Virus genome (UHGV): UHGV-1352853
Direction: 5' to 3' (one strand)
Length of the DNA stretch: 64,000 nucleotides
Origin: a virus
A program made the translations under genes and the position numbers. Of this stretch, positions 18,270-26,311 are shown in pieces (the stretch's first letter is position 1; each line of letters opens with the position of its first letter). Under the pieces are notes generated by a model. It was given only the letters and a program-made list of their open reading frames with translations. It had not been told where the DNA came from and made no database searches.

Positions 18270-18674
18270 TTATCCCTCCAGTTGTTTAGGCAACATTGCC
18301 ATTAGTTGTTTAGCCATAGATTCACATTCATCGGTGCAATATTGCTCATCTCGCCATACACCCTCTGAGTACATGTGCAATCCTTCCAGCGGAGTACCTT
18401 TGTACTTCTCTGGGCATTTCATCAAGTCACCATAGTGAGCACAATCAAAGCCAATAGCGATTTTATCCTCTAATTGAGGAAGTGCATCCTGATAGGTAAC
18501 ACCTCCATGAACAGAAATACATTTTTCTGGGTCATAATTAGTAAAGTCATTGTCTACTAAGTCAGCAGGCAATGCTACGTAACCACAATGATGAGAACCA
18601 TCATTTACTAACAGGATTACAGCAGGTAAACCAGCTTCAGTAGTCCAGCTTTTTACAATTTTATGGGTAGTCAT
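18270..18674 (-). CDS. hypothetical early protein (134 aa)
   Basis: ORF. Confidence 0.4.
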   Translation of the reverse strand: MTTHKIVKSWTTEAGLPAVILLVNDGSHHCGYVALPADLVDNDFTNYDPEKCISVHGGVTYQDALPQLEDKIAIGFDCAHYGDLMKCPEKYKGTPLEGLHMYSEGVWRDEQYCTDECESMAKQLMAMLPKQLEG

Positions 18675-18675
18675 C

Positions 18676-18867
18676 TTATTTGTTTCCTTTATGAAGTTTA
18701 CGGATTTGTTTACGAGTAGGTTTAGCTACAAAGAAGTGGTCATAATGCTGACCATTCTTATCTTCTACAGATACCTGCCAACGGGCATTCAGTGACATCT
18801 TACTGCCCCAAGGTTGCAACGTAACAATCAACTTCTGTGAGTTATAACGGTTACATACTGTACGCAT
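18676..18867 (-). CDS. hypothetical early protein (63 aa)
   Basis: ORF. Confidence 0.35.
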   Translation of the reverse strand: MRTVCNRYNSQKLIVTLQPWGSKMSLNARWQVSVEDKNGQHYDHFFVAKPTRKQIRKLHKGNK

Positions 18868-18971
18868 AATGGTTACTCCTTCATCTAATATAAATCTATA
18901 TCTACCTGGTTACTGTTTCAGTACCCTTCGTCTAAAGATACTCAAAAAGTAGAAATAGCTTATCGTCTAGT

Positions 18972-19001
18972 TAAAAATAAAAGACTCCCCGAAGGGAGTC
19001 T
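18972..19001 (-). terminator. intrinsic terminator (AGACTCCC-CGAA-GGGAGTCT)
   Basis: 8-bp stem 18982-19001 with A-run on plus = U-run on minus, after gene ending 19011. Confidence 0.7.
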
Positions 19002-19010
19002 TATGGTTGA

Positions 19011-19397
19011 TTAGAAAGTCAGTTTACGAGCATATTTATTCTCGTCTGCTGGGATGTCAGCAGCCTCTGCTTTCACACGACGAAGCTGAACTTGCAGGTT
19101 AATGATACCTTCTTCACCTGGTTCCAGGTTCTGAGCATATTCGATTAACTGTTCCAGCAAGTCATTCTGTGCACAACGCATAGCACGGAAGTCAGCATTG
19201 CTGCTATTAGTAGGCAGCGGTTCCTGAGTATCCAGTGGAATACCAGTAGGCAATGAGATGAATTTCTCATCATCAGAGCCTTCATTAGCTACATAACCAA
19301 TGTTCAGCCAGAACTGAGCTTTAGGCTTATCAGTTTTAGCAGTAGAAGTAGCAGCAGCGTTAGATTGACCGAAAGTGAATTTTTGAATAGACATTTT
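19011..19397 (-). CDS. early protein (trimmed to MSIQKF start, about 128 aa)
   Basis: GGAGAG SD before ATG 19397; first ORF downstream of hairpin promoter P3. Confidence 0.45.
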   Translation of the reverse strand, partial: KMSIQKFTFGQSNAAATSTAKTDKPKAQFWLNIGYVANEGSDDEKFISLPTGIPLDTQEPLPTNSSNADFRAMRCAQNDLLEQLIEYAQNLEPGEEGIINLQVQLRRVKAEAADIPADENKYARKLTF

Positions 19398-19507
19398 GTA
19401 CTCTCCAGATAAATGATTGTTTGATTTATGGGTTTGTCCGTCGGTGACTAAACCCAAGAAAAGACTTAAGATTTCAATGATTAGTGGATGCATTTACATC
19501 ATCCATA

Positions 19508-19522
19508 AGACGCGGAGCGTCT
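19508..19522 (-). promoter_or_regulatory. putative N4 vRNAP-type hairpin early promoter (P3): AGACGC-GGA-GCGTCT
   Basis: 6-bp stem, 3-nt GGA loop, conserved 5' CCATAAG and 3' TTTTTAAGACAAACG(T/C)TTAAG flanks shared with copy at 19846; just upstream of early ORF. Confidence 0.5.
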
Positions 19523-19527
19523 GATTT

Positions 19528-19812
19528 TTAAGACAAACGTTTAAGTTGTAATTCATTTGCTTCATACATACAAAATGGGTCAATAACCCATTCACTCTCG
19601 GTCCACATCTTGGCTTCCTTACGGAACTGGCGACGTAGCTTACGGATTTGTTTCTTTGTAGGTTTAGCAGGGAATAAGTGGCAAGCAACATAGTGCTGTC
19701 TCTCTGTTACGTTAGTAATCTCTGAGAACCAAAGATTCCACTGAGAATCCATCTTACCTAACAATCCACCATTGTTACTCTTATTTGCAAACAGGGAAGT
19801 TTGAATACGCAT
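19528..19812 (-). CDS. early protein (94 aa)
   Basis: ORF downstream of hairpin promoter P2. Confidence 0.45.
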   Translation of the reverse strand: MRIQTSLFANKSNNGGLLGKMDSQWNLWFSEITNVTERQHYVACHLFPAKPTKKQIRKLRRQFRKEAKMWTESEWVIDPFCMYEANELQLKRLS

Positions 19813-19845
19813 GGTTTTATCTCCAATAGTTAAATGATATCCAAT

Positions 19846-19860
19846 AGAAGCGGAGCTTCT
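19846..19860 (-). promoter_or_regulatory. putative N4 vRNAP-type hairpin early promoter (P2): AGAAGC-GGA-GCTTCT
   Basis: 6-bp stem, GGA loop, same flanking consensus as 19508 element. Confidence 0.5.
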
Positions 19861-19866
19861 TGGTTT

Positions 19867-20208
19867 TTAAGACAAACGCTTAAGCAATTCTGCCTTAGCA
19901 GCTTTATACTCTTCCTCAATTCCAGGCCAATCTTCCCGGTCTTGAGAACCAAGCATTTCATGGGCACGGACAGCTTTCTCATACCGTTCCAGTAGTTTTT
20001 CCTTATCTGGCTCTCCTTCACAGGATTCCCATTGCCATACATGACCAGTTAGTGGAACCAGTTCTCCTTTCGTAAAGTAAGGATTATTGTCCATATTCTT
20101 GACAGTAGAATCTTCGGTAAGACAGATACGTTCTCCTTCCAATTCTCCTTCAATAATTGTTCCAACAGGAACAGCAGCAGAACCTTTGATACAACGGAAT
20201 TTAGTCAT
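19867..20208 (-). CDS. early protein (113 aa)
   Basis: ORF. Confidence 0.45.
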   Translation of the reverse strand: MTKFRCIKGSAAVPVGTIIEGELEGERICLTEDSTVKNMDNNPYFTKGELVPLTGHVWQWESCEGEPDKEKLLERYEKAVRAHEMLGSQDREDWPGIEEEYKAAKAELLKRLS

Positions 20209-20261
20209 GATTTTCTATCCTTAAAGTAGAATAACTATCTATTTAGTTGAACTATCTAATG

Positions 20262-20290
20262 TTCAAAACAGGAGACTCCGAAGAGCCTCC
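20262..20290 (-). terminator. intrinsic terminator (GGAGACTC-CGAA-GAGCCTCC)
   Basis: stem with one G-U, followed on minus by UGUUUUG. Confidence 0.5.
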
Positions 20291-20298
20291 TAGATGAC

Positions 20299-20622
20299 TT
20301 AGTCTTTAGTCAGGATGTCAATTACTTTTGAATATTCTGCGTTATAGATACGAGCGTTCTCAGAATCCTTACAGAAATCTTCAATACTTTTCTTACGCAG
20401 AGTCTCAGTCATAGCTGTTTCTTCAGCTAATTTATTAACGAATGTATGCATTTCTAATTTAGTACGAATGGCTTGTTTCTCTGCCATAGTACTTACATAT
20501 GAATTAAGCATACCTACTGCTTTAGTTGCTGTACCAAATGTATCTGCAACAGTAGTAGCAGCAGAGTTAACAGTACCCAGTAAAGTTCCTGCGGTCATAC
20601 GTACAGTAGCGGTAGTAGTCAT
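20299..20622 (-). CDS. first early protein (107 aa, coiled-coil)
   Basis: ORF 44 nt downstream of hairpin promoter P1. Confidence 0.45.
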   Translation of the reverse strand: MTTTATVRMTAGTLLGTVNSAATTVADTFGTATKAVGMLNSYVSTMAEKQAIRTKLEMHTFVNKLAEETAMTETLRKKSIEDFCKDSENARIYNAEYSKVIDILTKD

Positions 20623-20665
20623 GATGATAGCTCCAATAGTTGATGATAGGACGACATGTCCATAA

Positions 20666-20678
20666 GTTGCGGAGCAAC
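20666..20678 (-). promoter_or_regulatory. putative N4 vRNAP-type hairpin early promoter (P1): GTTGC-GGA-GCAAC
   Basis: 5-bp stem, GGA loop, preceded by conserved TCCATAAG as at 19501. Confidence 0.45.
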
Positions 20679-21037
20679 GTGTAACGTGTAAGGTGGGGTA
20701 GGGTAGTGGCTACACCGTCAACATACCGGGGGGGCTAGTTGAGTGTAAGGGTGTAGCCCCAGCCACAACACTGCTACTGTACATAGCTATCACAATTTTG
20801 ACATGCAAAAATATTATAGGCACTATCTCTATAAGCAGATAACTTTGAGGTATTAACATGAAAGATGGATGGGGTAACTATCTCCTATTCATCATAGCGT
20901 TTAATACTTAAAACCTCATATAGCTTACTATTTACAAGCAATGGTCCACCTACTCCTACAAAAACTAGGCTGTGTACTATCACTGGTTCAGGTAAGCCCT
21001 TTACTGTTACATACCACATATTAATCCTTATAAGCAG

Positions 21038-21376
21038 TTAAATAGGAAGGAGCTTTCTGGTGATGATGCGTGCTATACCAGAGTAATAGTCTGGATGGTT
21101 TGGATTACCACTACTATTTCTTACGGTAGCTTCTTTAATAAACACATGAGCATAATCACCTAATGGTATGAAGACTGACCCACCTTTTTGCAGGATAACT
21201 ATCTCTGCATTGCTGTTGGTAAGTAGCTTATGTCCTTGGGCAAAGTCTGCTAACTCTCCTGGTTCCATTATTAGTGTGGAGGTTCCATAGGTCATAATGT
21301 GGATGATTGCTTTTTCTGGTTCAGAGGAATAATGCAGTAAGTCCGTACCTTTCATCCCTAGGAGTTTAACGTTCAT
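21038..21376 (-). CDS. small-protein paralog family member F (112 aa)
   Basis: shares G..LL.N..AE.hhL..G core with neighbours. Confidence 0.4.
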   Translation of the reverse strand: MNVKLLGMKGTDLLHYSSEPEKAIIHIMTYGTSTLIMEPGELADFAQGHKLLTNSNAEIVILQKGGSVFIPLGDYAHVFIKEATVRNSSGNPNHPDYYSGIARIITRKLLPI

Positions 21377-21379
21377 ACT

Positions 21380-21664
21380 TCAGTACCTTTCCTTATAGAT
21401 GGGGGTGTTATCCTCGAATGATAGGATGTACTTGTCTGTATTAAGATGCCAAGGACTAAAGCTACCCTGCCAGGACATAGGTGTTCCTGGCTCAAGTAGA
21501 TATACTTCTGCCTTCTTATTGTATAGGAAGAGTAATCCTTGTAGCTCATGCAAGGACTGTTCATCTGGAACCAGGATAAGTACATCAGCACCTAGGTTAG
21601 CTACTTCTATATGGTGGGTGTATTCATCCCCTGGTAGCTCTGAATAAATTTTACTGATAACCAT
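21380..21664 (-). CDS. small-protein paralog family member E (94 aa)
   Basis: VLILVPDEQSLHELQGLLFLYNKKAEVYLLEPGTPMSW core. Confidence 0.5.
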   Translation of the reverse strand: MVISKIYSELPGDEYTHHIEVANLGADVLILVPDEQSLHELQGLLFLYNKKAEVYLLEPGTPMSWQGSFSPWHLNTDKYILSFEDNTPIYKERY

Positions 21665-21978
21665 TAATAGCTCTCGTCGCTAGATAAATATGAGGAAGGA
21701 TAGAGGGTAATGAGTCTACCTGTAAGAGTAGTAGCTACCATAGGTTCACAGGAGGAGAAGATGTATACAGCGACACCCTCCGGAACTTCAATGGAAGTAT
21801 CTATCCTAATAAAGGTAATAGGTGCACCTAACATTAAACAGGTTCCGATGAACTCATCTGCTTTTTCACATTGTTCATAGTACATGGTCATGGGTTTACT
21901 TATTCCCAACCATGGAGATTTACCTACCCCCAGATTAAGGGGACAGGTACTACGACTACTTAAACCGTAGAAGTGCAT
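21664..21978 (-). CDS. small-protein paralog family member D (104 aa, divergent)
   Basis: tandem position; weak core similarity. Confidence 0.35.
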   Translation of the reverse strand: MHFYGLSSRSTCPLNLGVGKSPWLGISKPMTMYYEQCEKADEFIGTCLMLGAPITFIRIDTSIEVPEGVAVYIFSSCEPMVATTLTGRLITLYPSSYLSSDESY

Positions 21979-21981
21979 GGC

Positions 21982-22299
21982 TTACTTCCTTACGTAATAG
22001 TAACGGTATTCGTCATTCTCATGGCGACTATCCCATTGGTATTCATCGGATACCATCATGAAAGGTAGAGCGTCATATGCATCGCTAAAGGAGTAGACGG
22101 AAGGTGGGACAATACATACAACCTTACGGTCATTACCCGCTAAGAATAATTGGCCCCTTACTTCATGGTAGTCCTCTAAGGTAGGAACTAGGATTACTTG
22201 CTGGGGGTTGCTGTTCATGACTTCTTCTAGAGTGAAGTCAGTTGTATATATAGACCCCTCTTCTTCAGCAAAACTGGGGATGGTCATTATAAATTTCAT
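21982..22299 (-). CDS. small-protein paralog family member C (start trimmed)
   Basis: VILVPTLEDYHEVRGQLFLAGNDRKVVCIVPPSVYSF core; ORF-track start overlaps member B. Confidence 0.45.
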   Translation of the reverse strand: MKFIMTIPSFAEEEGSIYTTDFTLEEVMNSNPQQVILVPTLEDYHEVRGQLFLAGNDRKVVCIVPPSVYSFSDAYDALPFMMVSDEYQWDSRHENDEYRYYYVRK

Positions 22300-22663
22300 G
22301 ATTGATTTTCCTTCCTTTAGGGGTAGGTCTGAAGTAAATGGAAAGGGTTTTATTAAAGACATTATGGGCAGCTATCAATTCCCAACCGGGTACTTTATAG
22401 AAACGTATACCAGGGAAGAACTCATTGAATCCGTCATAACGAGTGAGATCATACACCTTTGGTTCGGTAAGTATCTCGGTATTGAGTTGTAGGTTTGATA
22501 AGAACAAAGAGCCAACAATCTCATGGGACTCTTCGCAGTTAGGTAAGAACACAGATTGCCATGGAGCAATGAACTTACTTACTGCTTCTGGTTCCCCTAG
22601 TAGATAGGGTTCCTGCTTACGAAGTACTCCAGTAATATCAATATCAAAAGCGTAGATGCTCAT
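22265..22663 (-). CDS. small-protein paralog family member B (132 aa)
   Basis: FLPNCEESHEIVGSLFLSNLQLNTEILTEPKVYDL core. Confidence 0.5.
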   Translation of the reverse strand: MSIYAFDIDITGVLRKQEPYLLGEPEAVSKFIAPWQSVFLPNCEESHEIVGSLFLSNLQLNTEILTEPKVYDLTRYDGFNEFFPGIRFYKVPGWELIAAHNVFNKTLSIYFRPTPKGRKINHEIYNDHPQFC

Positions 22664-22689
22664 AATTGTATACCTCCAGAAAAAGAAAT

Positions 22690-22724
22690 GGGGTAGAGCC
22701 TCTCGACCCTACCCCTTACCGTTT
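22690..22724 (-). terminator. intrinsic terminator between paralogs A and B
   Basis: GGGGTAG-11nt-CTACCCC stem followed on minus by UUUCUUUUUCU. Confidence 0.5.
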
Positions 22725-22863
22725 TCTATCACGGGTCAGTTCATCACCCTAGATACATATGTATCGTTAGCCTACTAGGTAGGAAAGGAGCCGGGTAACC
22801 CTGACTGTAGAAGTTATTAACTCTTTACGAGTACCGCCACTGTCTACTAGGCGGCATGACTAA

Positions 22864-23154
22864 TCACATCGTCACCATCATCCGAACGCTGTCTTTGTCT
22901 CGTCTGACAGAAACACTATGAGGTAATTTTGTGAATAACACAAGAGCAGATGCCTTCTTTTCTAAAGAGTAAGTTTCTCTTGGTTCTAAGATCTTAATGC
23001 CTGGACGATTCTCTAACAACATCATCCCAGCTAATTCATGGTAGGTATCTTCATTGTGTGTAATGATAATATCATCAGGGAGAATACCAGCTTTGGTATG
23101 GTCTACCTCTGCGTATTCATCCTTAGAGTCGTGGACTCTCATATAGATTCTCAA
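22864..23154 (-). CDS. small-protein paralog family member A (96 aa)
   Basis: IIITHNEDTYHELAGMMLLENRPGIKILEPRETYSL core. Confidence 0.5.
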   Translation of the reverse strand: MRIYMRVHDSKDEYAEVDHTKAGILPDDIIITHNEDTYHELAGMMLLENRPGIKILEPRETYSLEKKASALVLFTKLPHSVSVRRDKDSVRMMVTM

Positions 23155-23325
23155 AGGTTACTCCTTTTGGGAATAGGGTCATCGGAACATTACATACTAT
23201 TTAGTATCATGAACTTTTTCTATATCATGACTAAAGTGTAACTGTATGGTATCGTTTCTTCAAGGGGTATCTCACCCCAAGAAAAGAATCTTCTTTAATA
23301 GACATAACTTTGTAGCGAGATAAGT

Positions 23326-24015
23326 ATGAGTGAACTAACTAAGCAGCAGATTGTTAATGCCCTACCTGCTAATTTCAAGAACAGTGTAACCCAGGAGTTG
23401 GTAGACACGATTAACAACATTACCCAAGACCAATTGGTTGCTGAAGCATTCCGTGAAAACTTTATCTCTTACTCCGGTGTTATGAAGGAAGGTAAGTTTA
23501 AAACACAGGACTATATGAATGCAGTTCAGTATGTGACTTACAAACACATGGGCTACTCAAATAAAGAAGCCTACTTCAAAACATTCCCTAACCGACAAGC
23601 AGAACTTGTAGCACGAGGAACAAGTGAGAAAGATATTAGTGCTTATGTATCTGCTTACCACAGAGGTAAGTTAGTTAACCTCATCATGGAACAAAGTTTG
23701 GTTCCAGTGTGGATTGTGAACCAGGATAACTATCAGAAGGCAATCAACGTTCAGGTTGAACTAATGACCACAGCAGCAAGTGAAAAGGTAAGATGTGATG
23801 CAGCTAACTCTATCCTTACTCACTTGGCTAAACCAAAAGACCAGGTAACGAATATCAATCTGGACTTGAGAGAGAACTCTGGGTTGACCGACCTCAAGGC
23901 AACACTTGCTGCATTGGCTGAACAGCAAATCAATGCAATCAATAGTGGAGTACCTACCAAAGAGATTGCTGGTTCTAAACTAGTACGTGCAGATGAGGAC
24001 ATTACAGATGTCTGA
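23326..24015 (+). CDS. N4 gp69-like protein (possible small terminase)
   Basis: 229 aa, first gene of plus-strand late module immediately upstream of and overlapping TerL. Confidence 0.45.
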   Translation: MSELTKQQIVNALPANFKNSVTQELVDTINNITQDQLVAEAFRENFISYSGVMKEGKFKTQDYMNAVQYVTYKHMGYSNKEAYFKTFPNRQAELVARGTSEKDISAYVSAYHRGKLVNLIMEQSLVPVWIVNQDNYQKAINVQVELMTTAASEKVRCDAANSILTHLAKPKDQVTNINLDLRENSGLTDLKATLAALAEQQINAINSGVPTKEIAGSKLVRADEDITDV

Positions 24016-25597
24016 GTTAATTAAGCAGGAACTTGATGAATGGCTGGACCAGGTAGACTATTCCTACCTTAATTCATCTAACTATGTTCCTAGTCAGTTT
24101 GCTCTTACCTTTGCCAACTTTATTAAGTTGGTTAATGGCAAGGAAGGTGAGTCTAACAAAACACCTCCAGTTCACTTGAAGATGCTGGATAAGATGATTA
24201 GTCCGAACCAGTATGTAGTTAATCTGTGTTTCCGTGGTGCAGGTAAGACTGCTGTGTTCATGGAATACTTTACTTTATTCCTGGCAGTGTTTGGTCACTT
24301 GCCTAGTCTGGGTAAAGTAGAAGGAATGATTTACGTATCCGACTCAATGGATAACGGTGCTAAGTCTGCACGTAAGAATATTGAGTTCCGTTACAAGAAT
24401 AGTGAGTTCCTTCAACAGTGGATACCCGAAGCTACCTTTACGGATAACCTATTAGAGTTCCGTAATGCAGAAGGTCATCGACTGGGTGTTAAGTTGTTTG
24501 GTGCTAAGACTGGTCTTCGTGGTACGAAGATATATGGTAAACGTCCAACACTCTGTGTACTGGATGACCTGATTAGTGACGGTGATGCTAACTCCAAGAC
24601 AAGCATGGAAGCTATTAAGGATACTGTTTATAAAGGAGTGAACCATGCTCTTGACCCAACCCGTCGGAAAGTAATTTTTAATGGTACTCCTTTTAATAAG
24701 GAAGATATTATTATTGAAGCAGTTGAGTCTGGTGCATGGGATGTCAACGTATGGCCTGTATGTGAGAAGTTCCCTTGCAGTAGAGAAGAATTTCAGGGTG
24801 CATGGGATGACCGTTTCTCTTACGACTACATCAAAGCCCAATACGACATGGCAGTTAAGACTGGTAAGCTGGCTGGCTTCTACCAGGAACTTATGCTTCG
24901 TATTAGTTCTGAAGATGAACGTCTTGTTCAGGACAGTGAGATTAAATGGTATAGCAGGCAGCAATTGTTAAGGATGAAGTCCTGCTACAACTATTACATT
25001 ACAACTGACTTTGCTACTTCGGAGAAACAGACCAGTGACTACAGTGTCATATCAGTTTGGGCTTATAGTTCTAATGGAGATTGGTTCTGGGTTGATGGTG
25101 TGGCTAATCGTCAGCTTATGGATAAAAACTTTGATGACTTGTTCCGTCTGGTTCAGGAATACCAACCACAAAACGTTGGTGTCGAAATCACAGGGCAGCA
25201 GAATGGATTCATATCTCTTCTTCAGAAAGAAATGATTAATCGTAATGTCTTCTTTAACTTTGCAACCTCTGAGGGTGGTAAGCCGGGCATCCGTCCTGTA
25301 ACCTCTAAGCTGTCACGCTTTAACCTGGTAGTTCCTTGGTTCAAGGCTGGTAAGATGTACTTCCCGGAAGAGTTGAGAGATACAACTATTATGGGTCTGT
25401 TCATGGGCCAGATTAAACTAGCTACCATTAATGGAATCAAAGGTAAAGATGACTGTATTGATACCATCTCTATGCTGGGTTATCTCAATCCTTGGAAACC
25501 ACAAGCAGGTATGACCCTGGTGGATAACAAGGGTGACCCAATGTGGGATGATGAGGAAGAAGATAGTGTTAATCCACTACGTTCATACATCGTGTGA
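23987..25597 (+). CDS. terminase large subunit
   Basis: Walker A CFRGAGKTAV, 536 aa, acidic nuclease-type residues in C-terminal half, synteny with N4 gp68. Confidence 0.8.
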   Translation: MQMRTLQMSELIKQELDEWLDQVDYSYLNSSNYVPSQFALTFANFIKLVNGKEGESNKTPPVHLKMLDKMISPNQYVVNLCFRGAGKTAVFMEYFTLFLAVFGHLPSLGKVEGMIYVSDSMDNGAKSARKNIEFRYKNSEFLQQWIPEATFTDNLLEFRNAEGHRLGVKLFGAKTGLRGTKIYGKRPTLCVLDDLISDGDANSKTSMEAIKDTVYKGVNHALDPTRRKVIFNGTPFNKEDIIIEAVESGAWDVNVWPVCEKFPCSREEFQGAWDDRFSYDYIKAQYDMAVKTGKLAGFYQELMLRISSEDERLVQDSEIKWYSRQQLLRMKSCYNYYITTDFATSEKQTSDYSVISVWAYSSNGDWFWVDGVANRQLMDKNFDDLFRLVQEYQPQNVGVEITGQQNGFISLLQKEMINRNVFFNFATSEGGKPGIRPVTSKLSRFNLVVPWFKAGKMYFPEELRDTTIMGLFMGQIKLATINGIKGKDDCIDTISMLGYLNPWKPQAGMTLVDNKGDPMWDDEEEDSVNPLRSYIV

Positions 25598-25603
25598 GGA
25601 AAC

Positions 25604-26311
25604 ATGATTAAGTTAACAGAGTTATATAAGAGTCTGGCTCTGACTGTCTTGAATAACACCAGTGTGATAACTGATGACAAGAAAGACATTGAACCAGATA
25701 AAAAGGAATACATCCTTGAATTTATTAATGAGGGATTAACTCGTTTACATGGACGGTTCCCATTAAAGACACGCAATGTATTTGTTGAAATGCGTGAGGG
25801 CAGAACTGAATACCCTTTACTGGCTCGATATTCCTTTACAGGGTTTGACCCTACACTAGCACAGTACCCATACATTATGGATTCTGTTAGTAACCCTTTT
25901 AAGGAAGACGTTATTAAAATCCTGGTAGTGTATGATTCAAAAGGACACAGACGTGGGTTGAATGATAATCACAATCCGCATGGATTGTTTACTCCACGTC
26001 CTGATACATTACAGTGTATTCGTCCTCGTCATTGCGAAGTACTTACGGTAACCTATCAAGCGAAACACCCAACTATTACTGTAGATGGTGAGAATCAGGA
26101 GATTGATTTACCTGATACCTTACTGCCTGCTTTAAAGTACTGGGTAGCATATAGTTACTACACTGGACTCAATACTGCCGAGAGTACTAGTAAAGCAGCA
26201 GAGTATCTACAAATGTACGAATCAATTTGTGGGGAAGTTAAAGACTACGATCTCGGTAGTAGCAGCGAGTCAAGTACCAATACACTATTTGAAATAAGAG
26301 GATGGATATGA
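25604..26311 (+). CDS. virion protein (N4 gp67-like)
   Basis: synteny; 235 aa. Confidence 0.45.
   Translation: MIKLTELYKSLALTVLNNTSVITDDKKDIEPDKKEYILEFINEGLTRLHGRFPLKTRNVFVEMREGRTEYPLLARYSFTGFDPTLAQYPYIMDSVSNPFKEDVIKILVVYDSKGHRRGLNDNHNPHGLFTPRPDTLQCIRPRHCEVLTVTYQAKHPTITVDGENQEIDLPDTLLPALKYWVAYSYYTGLNTAESTSKAAEYLQMYESICGEVKDYDLGSSSESSTNTLFEIRGWI

Noticed and set aside
19846-19875. Interpreting the GGA-loop hairpins at 19508 and 19846 as plus-strand rho-independent terminators (they are followed by TTGGTTTTT / GATTTTT on the plus strand)
   Set aside because: There are no plus-strand genes upstream to terminate. The third copy (20666) has no T-run. The identical 3-nt loop with conserved flanks fits the N4 vRNAP promoter architecture better. 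I keep it as the alternative explanation in the finding.
20780-20830. Sigma70-like TTGACA ... TATTAT/TATAGG sequence on the plus strand in the putative terminus gap
   Set aside because: Spacing is suboptimal and there is no downstream plus-strand gene. Probably a fortuitous AT-rich match.
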